A stretch of DNA of 63,976 nt, counting the filler, from Limisphaerales bacterium (GTDB lineage: Bacteria; Verrucomicrobiota; Verrucomicrobiia; Limisphaerales; SIBE01), in the NCBI GenBank assembly GCA_044225505.1. It is 8 parts of 8 records of this genome, joined end to end, with 100 filler letters (N's around TTAATTAATTAA, not from the genome) between each part and the next. Parts side by side here need not be neighbours in the genome. Positions count along the whole stretch, not along the records: positions 41,604 to 49,351 come from JBGAIN010000272.1; positions 49,452 to 57,094 come from JBGAIN010000273.1; 6 more parts are not named here. One strand, 5' to 3'. Under the pieces are notes generated by a model. That model saw nothing but the letters and a program-made list of their open reading frames with translations. It was not told where the DNA came from and did no database searches. Made by a program: the position numbers and the translations under genes. This document shows positions 43,620-53,443 of the stretch, piece after piece (position 1 is the first letter of the stretch; each line of letters opens with the position of its first letter).

Positions 43620-43994
43620 TCCGGAGGGTGAGAAAATTAGGGGAGCGCTCGGAGAAAGCAAGACGCCAATCGGACGGCGAGCCAAGGGCGGTGTGATGGA
43701 CTGGGTGAGATTAAGGACCGCGGCGTGTCACGAGGCCAGCCGCCGTCGCCGTCCGAGGGGCTCGCCCACAATTTGCGTAACCATTTGCGGACAAACCTGT
43801 GCAACAAATCCCATGTTCTCCACGTCGTTGGGAACGGGCCGGCCCCAACATCGGCATCGCAGGTGCCAATTTGTCACCTGCCTGAGCCCATGGCAGCCAA
43901 ACGAGCGCAATTTGCGCTCGATCTGGTTTTGACCGATCGCTCCGCCGACTGAGCAGTTACCGAACAGACGCACGCGGCAGCGCCCCGAAAACTG

Positions 43995-44100
43995 TGCTAT
44001 ACCTCCACGATTCGTTCACGAATCGTCCTGAATGCCTCCCTCCCATTCTCGACCATCACTGGAGGATCACTGGAGGATCACTGGAGGATCATGGGATGGC
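43995..44100. repeat. 11-nt-period array: CCTCC-type units then ATCACTGGAGG x3
   Basis: Perfect triple at 44055-44087, preceded by degenerate complementary units. Confidence 0.7.
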
Positions 44101-44205
44101 AGAGCTCCCGTGCGCGATCGAGCTACCTCCGTCTCAGGCGCAAAACGGACCCAATATCAACTCTTTACGCCCCAACGTCCGGGCAATCCTCCGAAGGGAA
44201 AACGC

Positions 44206-44595
44206 TTAACAAGGGAATAGCTGGCCATGCGCAACGGCCTCAACGGCCGTCAGAAAAAGCGCTCGAGAACAGTCTTTTGGCAGCCAAGCGAGCGCACCCG
44301 CTTCGCGGGCTTGAAGATCCAAGTCCGGACTTTTGTCCGAGGTCAGCATCACCACTTGAGCCTTGGGAACGGCTTGGCGCACGAGTTTGGTCGCTTCGAT
44401 CCCATTCACGTGCGGCAGCCGGAAATCCATGACAACCACATCGGGTTCCAATTCAACCGCCTTGTGCACCGCGTCTGACCCGTCGACCGCTTCCCCGACA
44501 ACCTCAAATCGAGCTGAATCCTCCAGCATAAAGCGAATTCCTTCCCGTGTGAACGGATGATCGTCCACCACCAAGACACGAATTTTTGAACCCAT
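44206..44595 (-). CDS. Stand-alone response regulator receiver (NarL-type receiver, no HTH)
   Basis: VLVVDDH, VVVMDFRLP..NG, MLT, LPK. Confidence 0.85.
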   Translation of the reverse strand: MGSKIRVLVVDDHPFTREGIRFMLEDSARFEVVGEAVDGSDAVHKAVELEPDVVVMDFRLPHVNGIEATKLVRQAVPKAQVVMLTSDKSPDLDLQAREAGALAWLPKDCSRALFLTAVEAVAHGQLFPC

Positions 44596-44608
44596 AACGC
44601 TGATTTTC

Positions 44609-44624
44609 AGCACGAACGGCGCCA
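44609..44624 (-). promoter_or_regulatory. Candidate sigma54 (-24/-12) promoter
   Basis: TGGCGC-CGTTC-GTGCT vs consensus TGGCAC-N5-TTGCW, 13 nt upstream of the ATG. Confidence 0.4.
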
Positions 44625-44662
44625 GGTGCAAGTTTGCACAAAACTCACTGGAGTTCTTCGCT

Positions 44663-45469
44663 TTAGGCGGAGGGGGAAAGGCCCGAAAGGCGCGCCTCAA
44701 CCGGCGTGCCAATCTCGAGTTGGAGAGCCTCCGCCGCACTGCCCCCGTTGATCGCGATCTCCAGAAAACCACTCGAACCTAACACGGCCACTGGGAAACC
44801 CACGCCGACAGCTTGGTAATATGCCCCCACCGGGACAATGACCTCGCGTCCTGGGAACCGAACTTTCACGTCAGTGCCAACGCGGAAGATCGGGGCGCTC
44901 TCGGGAATGTTCGTAATCGCGTTGCCAAATCGATCTACGTAAACGACCGCCCCTGTCCAATGGTCGTCACGATCGGTCGCCAATGAGACAGGAAGTCGTG
45001 CGTAATTCGACTCTGAACGGCCAAGGGCGCGGAGCGGCGTTCCTCTCGCCAGATGGGCCGCGGCCGGGGCAAACACATCCCGCCCTTGAAAGGTCCGACT
45101 GATCGGGGTCAAAAGGTATTCCGGGTTCTCCAAACGAACGCAAGCGATAGCCCCGCCATCCTTTTCCACCGCCCGCGCGAGCAGGCCATTGTCCGGTCCG
45201 ACCCAGAAATACCGGGCCGTTTGGAGGGCGATCGCCGAGCGAGGACTGCCCACGCCCGGGTCGACCACGGCAACATGCACGGTCCCGGCCGGGAAAAACA
45301 GGGCCGACTGCTCCAAAACGAACGCGCCCCCGGGAATATCCCCCGGTCGGATGGCGTGACAAAGGTCAACCAACTGCGCCGCCGGATGGGTTCGGAGCAC
45401 GACCCCTTTCATCGTGCCGACAAACCAATCTTGAAGCCCAAAATCGGTGGTGAACGTGACGACGTTCAA
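44663..45469 (-). CDS. SAM hydroxide adenosyltransferase (DUF62; SAM-dependent halogenase superfamily)
   Basis: TTDFG..D.FVGTMKGV, VVDPGVGS.R, GPDNG, TFQGRDVFAP, DRFGN. Confidence 0.9.
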   Translation of the reverse strand: MNVVTFTTDFGLQDWFVGTMKGVVLRTHPAAQLVDLCHAIRPGDIPGGAFVLEQSALFFPAGTVHVAVVDPGVGSPRSAIALQTARYFWVGPDNGLLARAVEKDGGAIACVRLENPEYLLTPISRTFQGRDVFAPAAAHLARGTPLRALGRSESNYARLPVSLATDRDDHWTGAVVYVDRFGNAITNIPESAPIFRVGTDVKVRFPGREVIVPVGAYYQAVGVGFPVAVLGSSGFLEIAINGGSAAEALQLEIGTPVEARLSGLSPSA

Positions 45470-45473
45470 GGAC

Positions 45474-48400
45474 CTAATACCGTGCTTGCACCGTCACTTT
45501 TCCAACGTCGCCAGGGAGTTCCACCCAGTCTCCTTGGAATCGCTGCCAGGGTTTGCCACCCACTACCACCGACGCGATGGGCCGTTCCGCAGGATGCCGA
45601 AAACGTATGCGAATTTGTTTGGGCGGGTTCCGTCGGGGCCCGTCGACCTGGGCGGTGATCTCATCGGCGGTTGCCGAGTATACGACGCTGGCCGGTCCAA
45701 AGTAAGTCACCGTGTTCTCGATACCGCAACGCTGACCCGGCTTGAGCCATTCTCGCGGAACCGCTTGGCCGAGCAGCAATTGATCGCCCTCCTCACGCGC
45801 AAATAAGAACCGCAGCCACCCGGCGGTGTTCGATTCATCCGAACTCTTGAACTGATCGCCGCGCCAATCGTCCATATGCGGCAGGGCGTGCTCTGTGTTC
45901 ATGCGGACGTCTGGGAAATAACTGACGGATTGCCCGTTGAACAGCGCGCGCAAGGCGTGTTTCACCTCGTCGCGATATAAATAAGGTTCGACGTCCAAGA
46001 GCAAGCAAGCCTGCATGGACATGCCTCCCCGGCTAAACCAATACTTTTCGAAATCGTCCAGCGTATAGCCGTATTGATTGGAGAGATACAGATTATCCTC
46101 GTAATCCTGCAAGATCCAGGTGGCTTCCGGAGAGCTCGGATCGAGCGCTCGCGTGATCAGCAAATGGATCGCCCCTTCCAAAGTTTCGCAGATCCATCCA
46201 AAACAGCGTCCACGCCGATGCACGTGCGACGGAATATGTGGAATCGCGGTGCCATTTCGCAACCGAACCACTGGCGCCCGCTCTGCAGCCAAGCGGAAGT
46301 TCTTCAATAGACTTTGATGATACGCGTCCGCAGCTTGCCGAATGCGGCTCGCGTCGGGATGGCGAATCTGTTCCAACGCCCACGCGGCGGAATCCAAGCC
46401 CCGCCACGTGTAGCAGCTCGTCGATAACCAAGTCCACCAATCGCCGATATCCTCCAAGCTGCCCGCTGGAAGCAACCCGCGCTCGAGTTCGTGCCGGTCG
46501 GCCGTGCGTGCCGTTTCGCGAATAATCCAATCGCACGCCTTCACCACTCCAGCTGCGGAGCGGTTCAACCAGGCCGAGTCGCGCGTAAATCGGTAATGTT
46601 CCGCGAGCATCCAGAGAATCCAGCCGTGATGCTGATTGTAGCCGCCCGCCTCATATCCGCCCGCGCCGTAGAGGACGCCATCTTTCGATGCGAAGGAACC
46701 AGGCAGTCCAGCGGTCCCTTCTTTATGCAACCCGCGGCGGTCCAAGTCGACCACCATCATGCACGATTCATTGCCATAAGCGCCGTAGTCAAATGATCCC
46801 ACCCGGGCGAAACGGCGGTCACTGTTCGGCTCTCGTTCGCAATTCACCAGCAGGTGCATCGCATGCGACCGATAAAACTCATTGAGCATTGGCTCGGGCG
46901 TGATCAGACGCGCGCTCCGATCGAGCTGGCGTCGCCAATAACCGGCCACGGCGGTGCGTTCGCGATCAAAGTCCAACGCCACAAGGGCTGCGCGCTCTTC
47001 GTCCCCGCGCAACACGAGATACGGCACCTTCAAAATCACGGTGCGCGATTGGCCAGGCGCCAGTTCCCAAGACCAACTCAAGCCTCCCGTTCCGATGGAC
47101 GGATTGCCCTCCGCGAGGATCTGTCCACGCAAGTCACTCCCATTCCACAGTAATCCGGCTTCATCCGGCCGAAGCAGCACATTTTGCCCCCCTGCCGTCA
47201 GGGCGAAGGGGAGTTTCGCAGTTTTGATCGACGAAGTTTCATTCGTAAAGGTCAAGCGCGCCAAAAACACGGCAAAGCTATCCGCTGCCGGCGTGGCACT
47301 TCCAGCTACCGTCCCGTTCAGCTCCGTAACGATGGCCGTCTCTTGCACGCCGATGCCATCCTGGTCCCAGGTGGTGATGGGGACGGGAAGACTCTCCTCT
47401 TGCAGGGTGCGATGGCGGGGCTTGCCTGGCAAACCCAAGTCAAACGCGACCGGAGCCTTCTCCAAGGCCAGCCGTCCGGAATCGACCCCAGGCCGTCCGT
47501 GGAGATAGTGATCGTTCGAGCGGAACAGGACGCTGCCATTGGCATTCAAACGAAAGCGCTGCCGCCCTCCGTCGAGTCCCATTGGGAAATAGATATCCGA
47601 CTTCTTCCGCGGGATGCCACTCCAGGCGGCTGACCACGTTTGCTCCGGCAGCGCTGAGACTCGCTCGTAAAGGGTTTTGACGTCTGCTTGCCGTTGCGCT
47701 TGGGCGACGGCTGCGAAGTTCCGCCCGTCCGACTCGCGCAAGATCGCGACCCCAACGTGCGGCAGAAAGAGCGGATCGCGGGAAACATCATCGACTCTGA
47801 AGGTGAAGACTCGGGAACCATCTCGCACCGTGACCAAAGTGCGATCGAATGTGTTCGGATCAGAGTTCACCGTGGTGGCGACACGCAATTGGTAGGTCTC
47901 AGGCGTCAGGCGTTCCAAGCTTTCGCTCACGCCATTGAACACCTCAATCGCCGGAGCTTTCTCCGGTGCCTTCTCCCAGGCCAGCCGAACTGTGCGCGTC
48001 TCTACCGAAGAATCGGTAAAGGCCTGAAGCGTTTGGATCTCCGGGACTGATCCAGATGAAGCGACCCGCAGCTTTAGCGTATACCGAAACGGCGCAGGGT
48101 AATCCGCGACCGTCGGAAACTCGCGGGCATTCACCGGCCGAAAGGTGAACGTCATTTGCTGACGCTCAGCGGTGACTTGGGTGTCGGCCTTGCGCCACCC
48201 GTATTTGTACCAGTTGCCCAGCTCCAACCAGCCGATATCTCCGCCGCCCGGCTCCTGATCCTTCGGCAAGTGCCGTTCGGGCCACCAGCTGCCCCAATAT
48301 TCCAGACGCAGGGTCTCAGGATGCGCAACGGGTTCCTTAAACTGGACAACGACGCGATGGATTTCGCGAGGATCCTCCCAGAGCACTCCATTGCCGTCCG

Positions 48401-48545
48401 GCAATGGCAAGCCAAAAGGAGCAGCATCAAACGAAGCAGCGATGAGCCGCTCCGCACGCAGTCCGACCAGCATCGCAAGCGTCGCAACGATGAGTGTCAC
48501 GCGGGAAATCCGCCGAGGCGAAAGAATATTGCTTTGAGTTATCAT
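45474..48545 (-). CDS. Large secreted six-hairpin glycosidase-like protein
   Basis: Signal peptide; HHGWILW.LAEHY, GLLPAGSLED, LLLGQAVPREWL. Confidence 0.65.
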   Translation of the reverse strand: MITQSNILSPRRISRVTLIVATLAMLVGLRAERLIAASFDAAPFGLPLPDGNGVLWEDPREIHRVVVQFKEPVAHPETLRLEYWGSWWPERHLPKDQEPGGGDIGWLELGNWYKYGWRKADTQVTAERQQMTFTFRPVNAREFPTVADYPAPFRYTLKLRVASSGSVPEIQTLQAFTDSSVETRTVRLAWEKAPEKAPAIEVFNGVSESLERLTPETYQLRVATTVNSDPNTFDRTLVTVRDGSRVFTFRVDDVSRDPLFLPHVGVAILRESDGRNFAAVAQAQRQADVKTLYERVSALPEQTWSAAWSGIPRKKSDIYFPMGLDGGRQRFRLNANGSVLFRSNDHYLHGRPGVDSGRLALEKAPVAFDLGLPGKPRHRTLQEESLPVPITTWDQDGIGVQETAIVTELNGTVAGSATPAADSFAVFLARLTFTNETSSIKTAKLPFALTAGGQNVLLRPDEAGLLWNGSDLRGQILAEGNPSIGTGGLSWSWELAPGQSRTVILKVPYLVLRGDEERAALVALDFDRERTAVAGYWRRQLDRSARLITPEPMLNEFYRSHAMHLLVNCEREPNSDRRFARVGSFDYGAYGNESCMMVVDLDRRGLHKEGTAGLPGSFASKDGVLYGAGGYEAGGYNQHHGWILWMLAEHYRFTRDSAWLNRSAAGVVKACDWIIRETARTADRHELERGLLPAGSLEDIGDWWTWLSTSCYTWRGLDSAAWALEQIRHPDASRIRQAADAYHQSLLKNFRLAAERAPVVRLRNGTAIPHIPSHVHRRGRCFGWICETLEGAIHLLITRALDPSSPEATWILQDYEDNLYLSNQYGYTLDDFEKYWFSRGGMSMQACLLLDVEPYLYRDEVKHALRALFNGQSVSYFPDVRMNTEHALPHMDDWRGDQFKSSDESNTAGWLRFLFAREEGDQLLLGQAVPREWLKPGQRCGIENTVTYFGPASVVYSATADEITAQVDGPRRNPPKQIRIRFRHPAERPIASVVVGGKPWQRFQGDWVELPGDVGKVTVQARY

Positions 48546-48724
48546 ACGGCGATAAGCCAGAAACTCGATTCAGCTTCCGGCGTCCCTGACTATGGGCTTG
48601 GCGACAGACGCCCGTCAATACGGTTGGTTGCAGGAGCTCTGGCTTGGGTTTGCCCGGGCAAGCGCGCTCGGGAATGGACCGAAGGCCGCAATGAGCACTA
48701 GCGGCGACGATGCCGAACAATCAA

Positions 48725-48870
48725 TAACACGACTGCTGGCAATGATTGTCAGGTCCCCTTCGCTGTTATTCGCTGAGGTGTCCTCCCCCCTGTTCCACTG
48801 GGTGAGGTTCTGGTAGTCGCCGACACCCATGATCGGTGCCCACCCTGTCCCGCCGCTGCCCGATCCCCTG
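48725..48870 (-). pseudogene. Fragment of a secreted zinc metalloprotease-like gene
   Basis: GWAPIMGVG.YQNLTQWNRGE..SANN.E.DL.II, isolated with no flanking ORF. Confidence 0.5.
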
Positions 48871-49451
48871 AAGAATGGATAAGGCACCGCGCCCGCCGCG
48901 ACGACGGCACCGGCCGCCGTTCCCGCCCGGATGTCGGGAGCTCACTCTTCCAGGTAAAGCAGGCGTCCAGTCTCGTCGACATGCAGGCGCCTGTCTGTCA
49001 GGAAAAGGTTGCGTAAGCGCTCTGATAGCTATAGCTCTGTGCCACCGGAGGAAAGAACGGTTGTAGCGCGTCCATGGCCGATTGTCCAAGGAAGATGCCC
49101 GGAAGCCTGATTCGCGGATAACTCGCATTGCCCGGATCGTGCTTCGGACTGGCCTGAGCGTGCAGGCTGGCAAAAGTCCCTATCAGTGCCCCTTAAACTA
49201 CGCGTTGGGCGATCGCGTGGATTCTTTGTTTCGCCATCTTATCCGCTTTCCGTCCACCGTCATACGACTGTTGTCCACTAGAAGGAACAGAGGGTTTCAA
49301 CTCTGTTGGGCACACGAAGCTCAAACGAACGATTGACTCAATGAACGCCACNNNNNNNNNNNNNNNNNNNNNNNNNNNNNNNNNNNNNNNNNNNNTTAAT
49401 TAATTAANNNNNNNNNNNNNNNNNNNNNNNNNNNNNNNNNNNNNNNNNNNN

Positions 49452-49688
49452 GCGATTTTCCTTCAAGGTGCGGATCGTTGGCGTAGGCTTCTGCGCGTGA
49501 GGTTGTTGTTGTCAGAGCAGCGTTGCCCGTCAATCAGAGGCCCTCGCGGCCGCTGGCGTCGCCGCGTAACTCGAAAATCGCTGTACCGGGATTTTTCGAC
49601 TGCAATAACAGGGTATCGTTACTACAATCCGAGCACCGGAAGGTGGCTATCGAGAGACCCGATTGGCGAGAGGGGTGGGTGGAACCTT
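49452..49688 (+). other. Leader + Rhs core-tip module, copy 1 (5' end cut by contig edge, 3' end by IS3)
   Basis: GTG 49497 ORF ...[37 protein letters not shown]; homologous to 63199-63394. Confidence 0.8.
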
Positions 49689-49689
49689 T

Positions 49690-50406
49690 GGTCCCGTCCT
49701 GGGATAGATTGACACTCGTTATGGTAAAACGAGTCGGACAAAACAGTGGGATTCGCTACAGTGAAGCGTTCAAGATGGCGGTGGTACGTGAGCTGGAAGA
49801 GAAAGATTTGCCCTTTGAGGAGATGCGGCGAAAGTATGGGATTAAAGGTGCGGTGACGGTGCAGAAGTGGGTTTGGAAATATGGCAATGGCAGTCGTAGA
49901 ATGAGGATACGAGTGGAAAAGCCAGAAGAGATCAACCAATTGAAGAAGCTTAAAGAACGGGTCAAAGCCTTGGAATCGCTCTTGGCCGACACGAATCTGG
50001 AGCTAGCTTTGGAGCGGCAGTATACCCGAATGGCCTGTAAGCGAGCGGGGATCGAGGACGTGGTAGAGTTTAAAAAAAAGGGGACTGGGAAGCCGCCCAC
50101 GGAGCCATAGAGCAAGACGGGGAGTTACCCGGGGTTAACGTGGCCAGGTTATGTCGGAAGTTGGCCATGAGCCGGCAGAACTATTATGCGCGGCGTCGAC
50201 AACGGCAGCGTCGAGCCATGGATGGAGAGCTGGTGGCCGCTTTGGTGCAGCGAGAGCGTCGACTACAGCCGCGCTTAGGTACCCGCAAGGTCTACCACAT
50301 CCTCAAACCTGAGCTGGAGGAGGCTGGGATTGAACTGGGGCGCGACCGAATGTTTGAGGAGTTGAGGAAACGAGAGTTGTTGCTCGAGCCGATGGCGGCG
50401 GAATAA
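49690..50406 (+). mobile_element. Truncated IS3-family element: IRL-like 49690-49715, orfA 49721-50110, -1 frameshift site, orfB truncated before the DDE domain
   Basis: YSEAFKMAVV..HTH; A-AAA-AAG at 50074-50080 puts orfA in frame with LCRKLAMSRQNYY...PRLGTRKV...GRDRMF. Confidence 0.85.
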
Positions 50407-50426
50407 GGCAGGGGCAGGTTCTTGGC

Positions 50427-50590
50427 ATGGCGAGATAGCTGAGGCTGCAATATCCGGGAGCGATTTACCACGGCGCGTCCTTGATGATGGGCGCGGCTGG
50501 CTACGCCGCCGGATCTGTCCGAGAGTGGCTCAAATAATCGTGAGAAACTTTTGCCGAACACCGGACATGCGTATCTGCGGGACTGACCCC
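50427..50590 (+). mobile_element. Internally deleted RAYT/Y1 transposase remnant
   Basis: MAR*LRLQYPGAIYH N-terminus, short tail and terminal GGGACTGACCCC motif. Confidence 0.6.
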
Positions 50591-51320
50591 GACACGCGCT
50601 TCCCCGGCTGGAACCGCCTTCGGCAGATGACCGAAGGCGCTCAAATCATCCGCGACAGTTGTGGGTAAAGATAAGCGCTAAAGCCGCCGGGCTATTTCTC
50701 GTCGGGTCCCTTCGGGACAGATCGGAATTTCCTACACGCATTAGAATTTATTCCGCCAGAAGCCTCGCCTGACCGACTGCGCCCGGAATCGTCCGTGGCC
50801 TGCTCTCCGCGCGCCTGTTCCTGCGGACCAGGAGCCGGTTGAGGAATCAGCATGCGCGCTGCGGCGACGAATTTTGGCTGCAGCCAAGGCGGCGAGGCCC
50901 ACGCATCCCCGCAGCGGGCTGTAAGGGCCGAGCCAACGCCGGATGCAGCCAAAAGACCTGCCGTCCGAAGGATTTCCAAGGAAAAGGCCGACTGCCTTTG
51001 TTGCTCGCTCGGTCGCAGCCCGCTGCGGGGATACTCCCTCGCTCGCGCCGCGCCACTCAGCCTTTTCCTTGGAAACATCGCTCATGCGGATTCTTCAACC
51101 GGCTCCGCGAGTCCGCGTTCCCGTGAAGTTGCTGGTGTTCCGGCAGCAGTCGACATGGCGGCGGAGTGCAGTGGCTTAGTGCTTGCATTCCAGTGTCTTG
51201 AAGTGCTCCTACCGCTACTGCTTTGGCCAGTAAGCGTCTCAGCGAAAGATGAGAGCAATTTGCTCCTGAAATGGGTGGATTCGCCCAAGGTGTCTCACCC
51301 GCGACCAAGCGACGGTCTTT

Positions 51321-51419
51321 CGCTCAGAACACGATGAGAACTCGATGAGAACTCGATGAAAACAGCGTCGCGATGCTGGTCTCATGCTGTTATGAAGCTG
51401 TTTACAGGCTGTTTAGATC
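51321..51419. repeat. 11-nt-period direct-then-inverted array
   Basis: CGATGAGAACT x2, CGATGAAAACA, near-palindromic centre, then CTGTT-headed 11-mers. Confidence 0.75.
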
Positions 51420-51676
51420 GGACGGAGAGCGAGTCGCGGGCATTCCAGCGCTTAAACCGACTGATGCCAGCAATGGTGACAAAAGTCTCCCGAGTGTGAG
51501 ACATTTGCCGGCGTCGATCGACCCCGTCGAAGGATCCAGACGTTACTGGATCCCACCGTTCGCCTCGTAACTCCCGCTTGAGCCGATCTTCGCTCCGCGT
51601 CAACGACCGCCTCGCCAGCAGGCCTGGACGGGTGCCCAGACTGGCAGGCCAATCCGTATTCTGCTACAGCTCGTCT

Positions 51677-52576
51677 GTGGCCCTGGTGGAGATCGATAAT
51701 CTCACGCGAAGTTACGGCGCCCGGCGAGGCATCGAAGGAATCTCGTTCTCGGTTCCGGAAGGATCGCTCTTTGGGTTCCTTGGTCCGAACGGTGCCGGCA
51801 AAACCACGACCATCCGAGTTCTTCTGGGATTCCTCCGCCCTTCAGGCGGGTCAGCGCGGATCTTTGGCCAGGATTGTTGGAGCCACAGTCGAGAGATCAA
51901 ACGGGACATCGGATATGTCCCCGGAGATTTACGTCTCCCCGCATGGATGAACGGGAGCACTTGTTTGTCGATTTTTGGCCAGGTCCGGGGCCGTGACCTC
52001 ACCGAATCGGGTCGGGATCTGGCCGGACGGCTCGATCTGGACTTGTCGGTGAAAGTCCGGGAAATGTCGCGCGGCATGCGCCAGAAGCTGGGATTGATTT
52101 TAGCGTTGGCCCATTCGCCGAAGTTGTTGGTGCTGGACGAACCGACCAGCGCTTTGGATCCACTTGTGCAAGAGATTCTTCGCGAGTTGCTTCGCGAACG
52201 AGCGAGTCACGGGCAAACCGTCTTCTTCTCGAGCCACTCCCTCAGCGAAGTCGACGAACTGTGTGATCGGGTCGCGATTGTGCGAGAGGGGCAACTCGTC
52301 GCGGCGGAGTCGCTCCAGACCCTGCGCGAGAAGGCCGGACACGATTTCACGATTCGCTGGCGACACGAGTCGGTGGCGCGAGCCCTGACGCTTCCCAACT
52401 TCATGCAACTGACCCGCCAGGACGGCACCGTATGGTGTGGGAGAGTTGCCGGGCCGATTCAACCGATGATTGACTTTCTATCCGGCAAGCCAATTGAAGA
52501 GTTGAGTATTGGGCGGCCGGACCTCGAGAGCTTGTTTCGAGGATTCTATCGCAAGGGAGGAGCGCCATCCGCATGA
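51677..52576 (+). CDS. ABC-2 type transporter ATP-binding protein
   Basis: GPNGAGKTT, MSRGMRQK, LDEPTSALD, SSH. Confidence 0.95.
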   Translation: MALVEIDNLTRSYGARRGIEGISFSVPEGSLFGFLGPNGAGKTTTIRVLLGFLRPSGGSARIFGQDCWSHSREIKRDIGYVPGDLRLPAWMNGSTCLSIFGQVRGRDLTESGRDLAGRLDLDLSVKVREMSRGMRQKLGLILALAHSPKLLVLDEPTSALDPLVQEILRELLRERASHGQTVFFSSHSLSEVDELCDRVAIVREGQLVAAESLQTLREKAGHDFTIRWRHESVARALTLPNFMQLTRQDGTVWCGRVAGPIQPMIDFLSGKPIEELSIGRPDLESLFRGFYRKGGAPSA

Positions 52577-53388
52577 ACCGCGGACTAGCATGGCGCGCAT
52601 TCCGGGAGACCTGGGTCACGACCGTGGTTTTGAGTCTCTTGCTCTTTGGAGTCGAGGCCGCGCTGGCCTACGTGCTGCCGAAGTTCGGAATGCAAGTGTC
52701 GCAGCGATGGCTCCAGCTCGAGTTTGCGCGTGGGCTGATTCAAGCCATGCTCGGCACGGAATTGGCCGGGCGTATAGGACCACAGATGTTTCAAGCGATT
52801 GCTTGGGTACATCCGGTGGCGTTGGCGCTGGCATGGGCTCACGCCGTGGTGATCGGCACCCGCATTCCAGCGGGTGAAGTCGATCGTGGCACCATCGACG
52901 TCTTGCTGGGTTTGCCGGTGTCTCGGTGGGAAATCTTCCTTTCGGAATCGGCGGTGTGGATGGCTGGAGCTGCCGCTTTGCTGCTCGGAGCCATGCTCGG
53001 AAACATGTTGGGGAACCTGGGAATGCCCGCGTGGCAACGACCACCGATTTCCCACTTGATCTTGGTGGTTGTCAACTTTGGCTGCGTTTATGTGGCCGTA
53101 GCCGGGTTCGCGTGGCTCGTCTCGGCGCTGTCTGATCGCCAAGGGCGCGCCATCACGACGGTCTTCCTCATTCTGGCCGCGCTGTTCCTTCTGCATTACC
53201 TGGCGCAATTCTGGAGTCCTCTGGCAACGATTGCTTTCCTTTCCCCGCTCCATTACCACCGCCCCGCGCAAGTCTTAGCCAGCGGCTTGTGCCCCTGGCG
53301 CGACCTGGGTATCCTCTTCGGAATCGGCGCCGTCTTTTGGTTAGCCGGAGGCTGGATATTCTGCCGCCGCGACCTTTGCACGGTTTGA
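52573..53388 (+). CDS. ABC-2 type transporter permease
   Basis: Six hydrophobic segments; GEVDRGTIDVLLGLPVSR; C-terminal RRDL. Confidence 0.9.
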   Translation: MNRGLAWRAFRETWVTTVVLSLLLFGVEAALAYVLPKFGMQVSQRWLQLEFARGLIQAMLGTELAGRIGPQMFQAIAWVHPVALALAWAHAVVIGTRIPAGEVDRGTIDVLLGLPVSRWEIFLSESAVWMAGAAALLLGAMLGNMLGNLGMPAWQRPPISHLILVVVNFGCVYVAVAGFAWLVSALSDRQGRAITTVFLILAALFLLHYLAQFWSPLATIAFLSPLHYHRPAQVLASGLCPWRDLGILFGIGAVFWLAGGWIFCRRDLCTV

Positions 53389-53443
53389 TTGCGATGTTTT
53401 GGTCATTGCGGGCCGGGAAACAAATTCATAAATTCATTTCGTC

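Noticed and set aside
44055..44087. Short tandem repeats here, at 24042 and at 51332 as CRISPR arrays
   Set aside because: Units are 8-11 nt with no unique spacers, and no cas genes are present.
44663..45469. Fluorinase/chlorinase call
   Set aside because: The generic DUF62 hydrolase type is far more common, and there is no halometabolite gene context.
48900..49351. Possible ncRNA or small ORFs at the contig end
   Set aside because: No convincing structure or coding signal.
49601..49612. GCAATAACAGG resembles a small-subunit rRNA segment
   Set aside because: Only ~11 nt match and the flanks are not rRNA-like.
50640..51300. Overlapping short ORFs and GC-rich hairpins
   Set aside because: No recognisable protein or RNA motif; probably degenerate mobile or repeat DNA that I cannot define.
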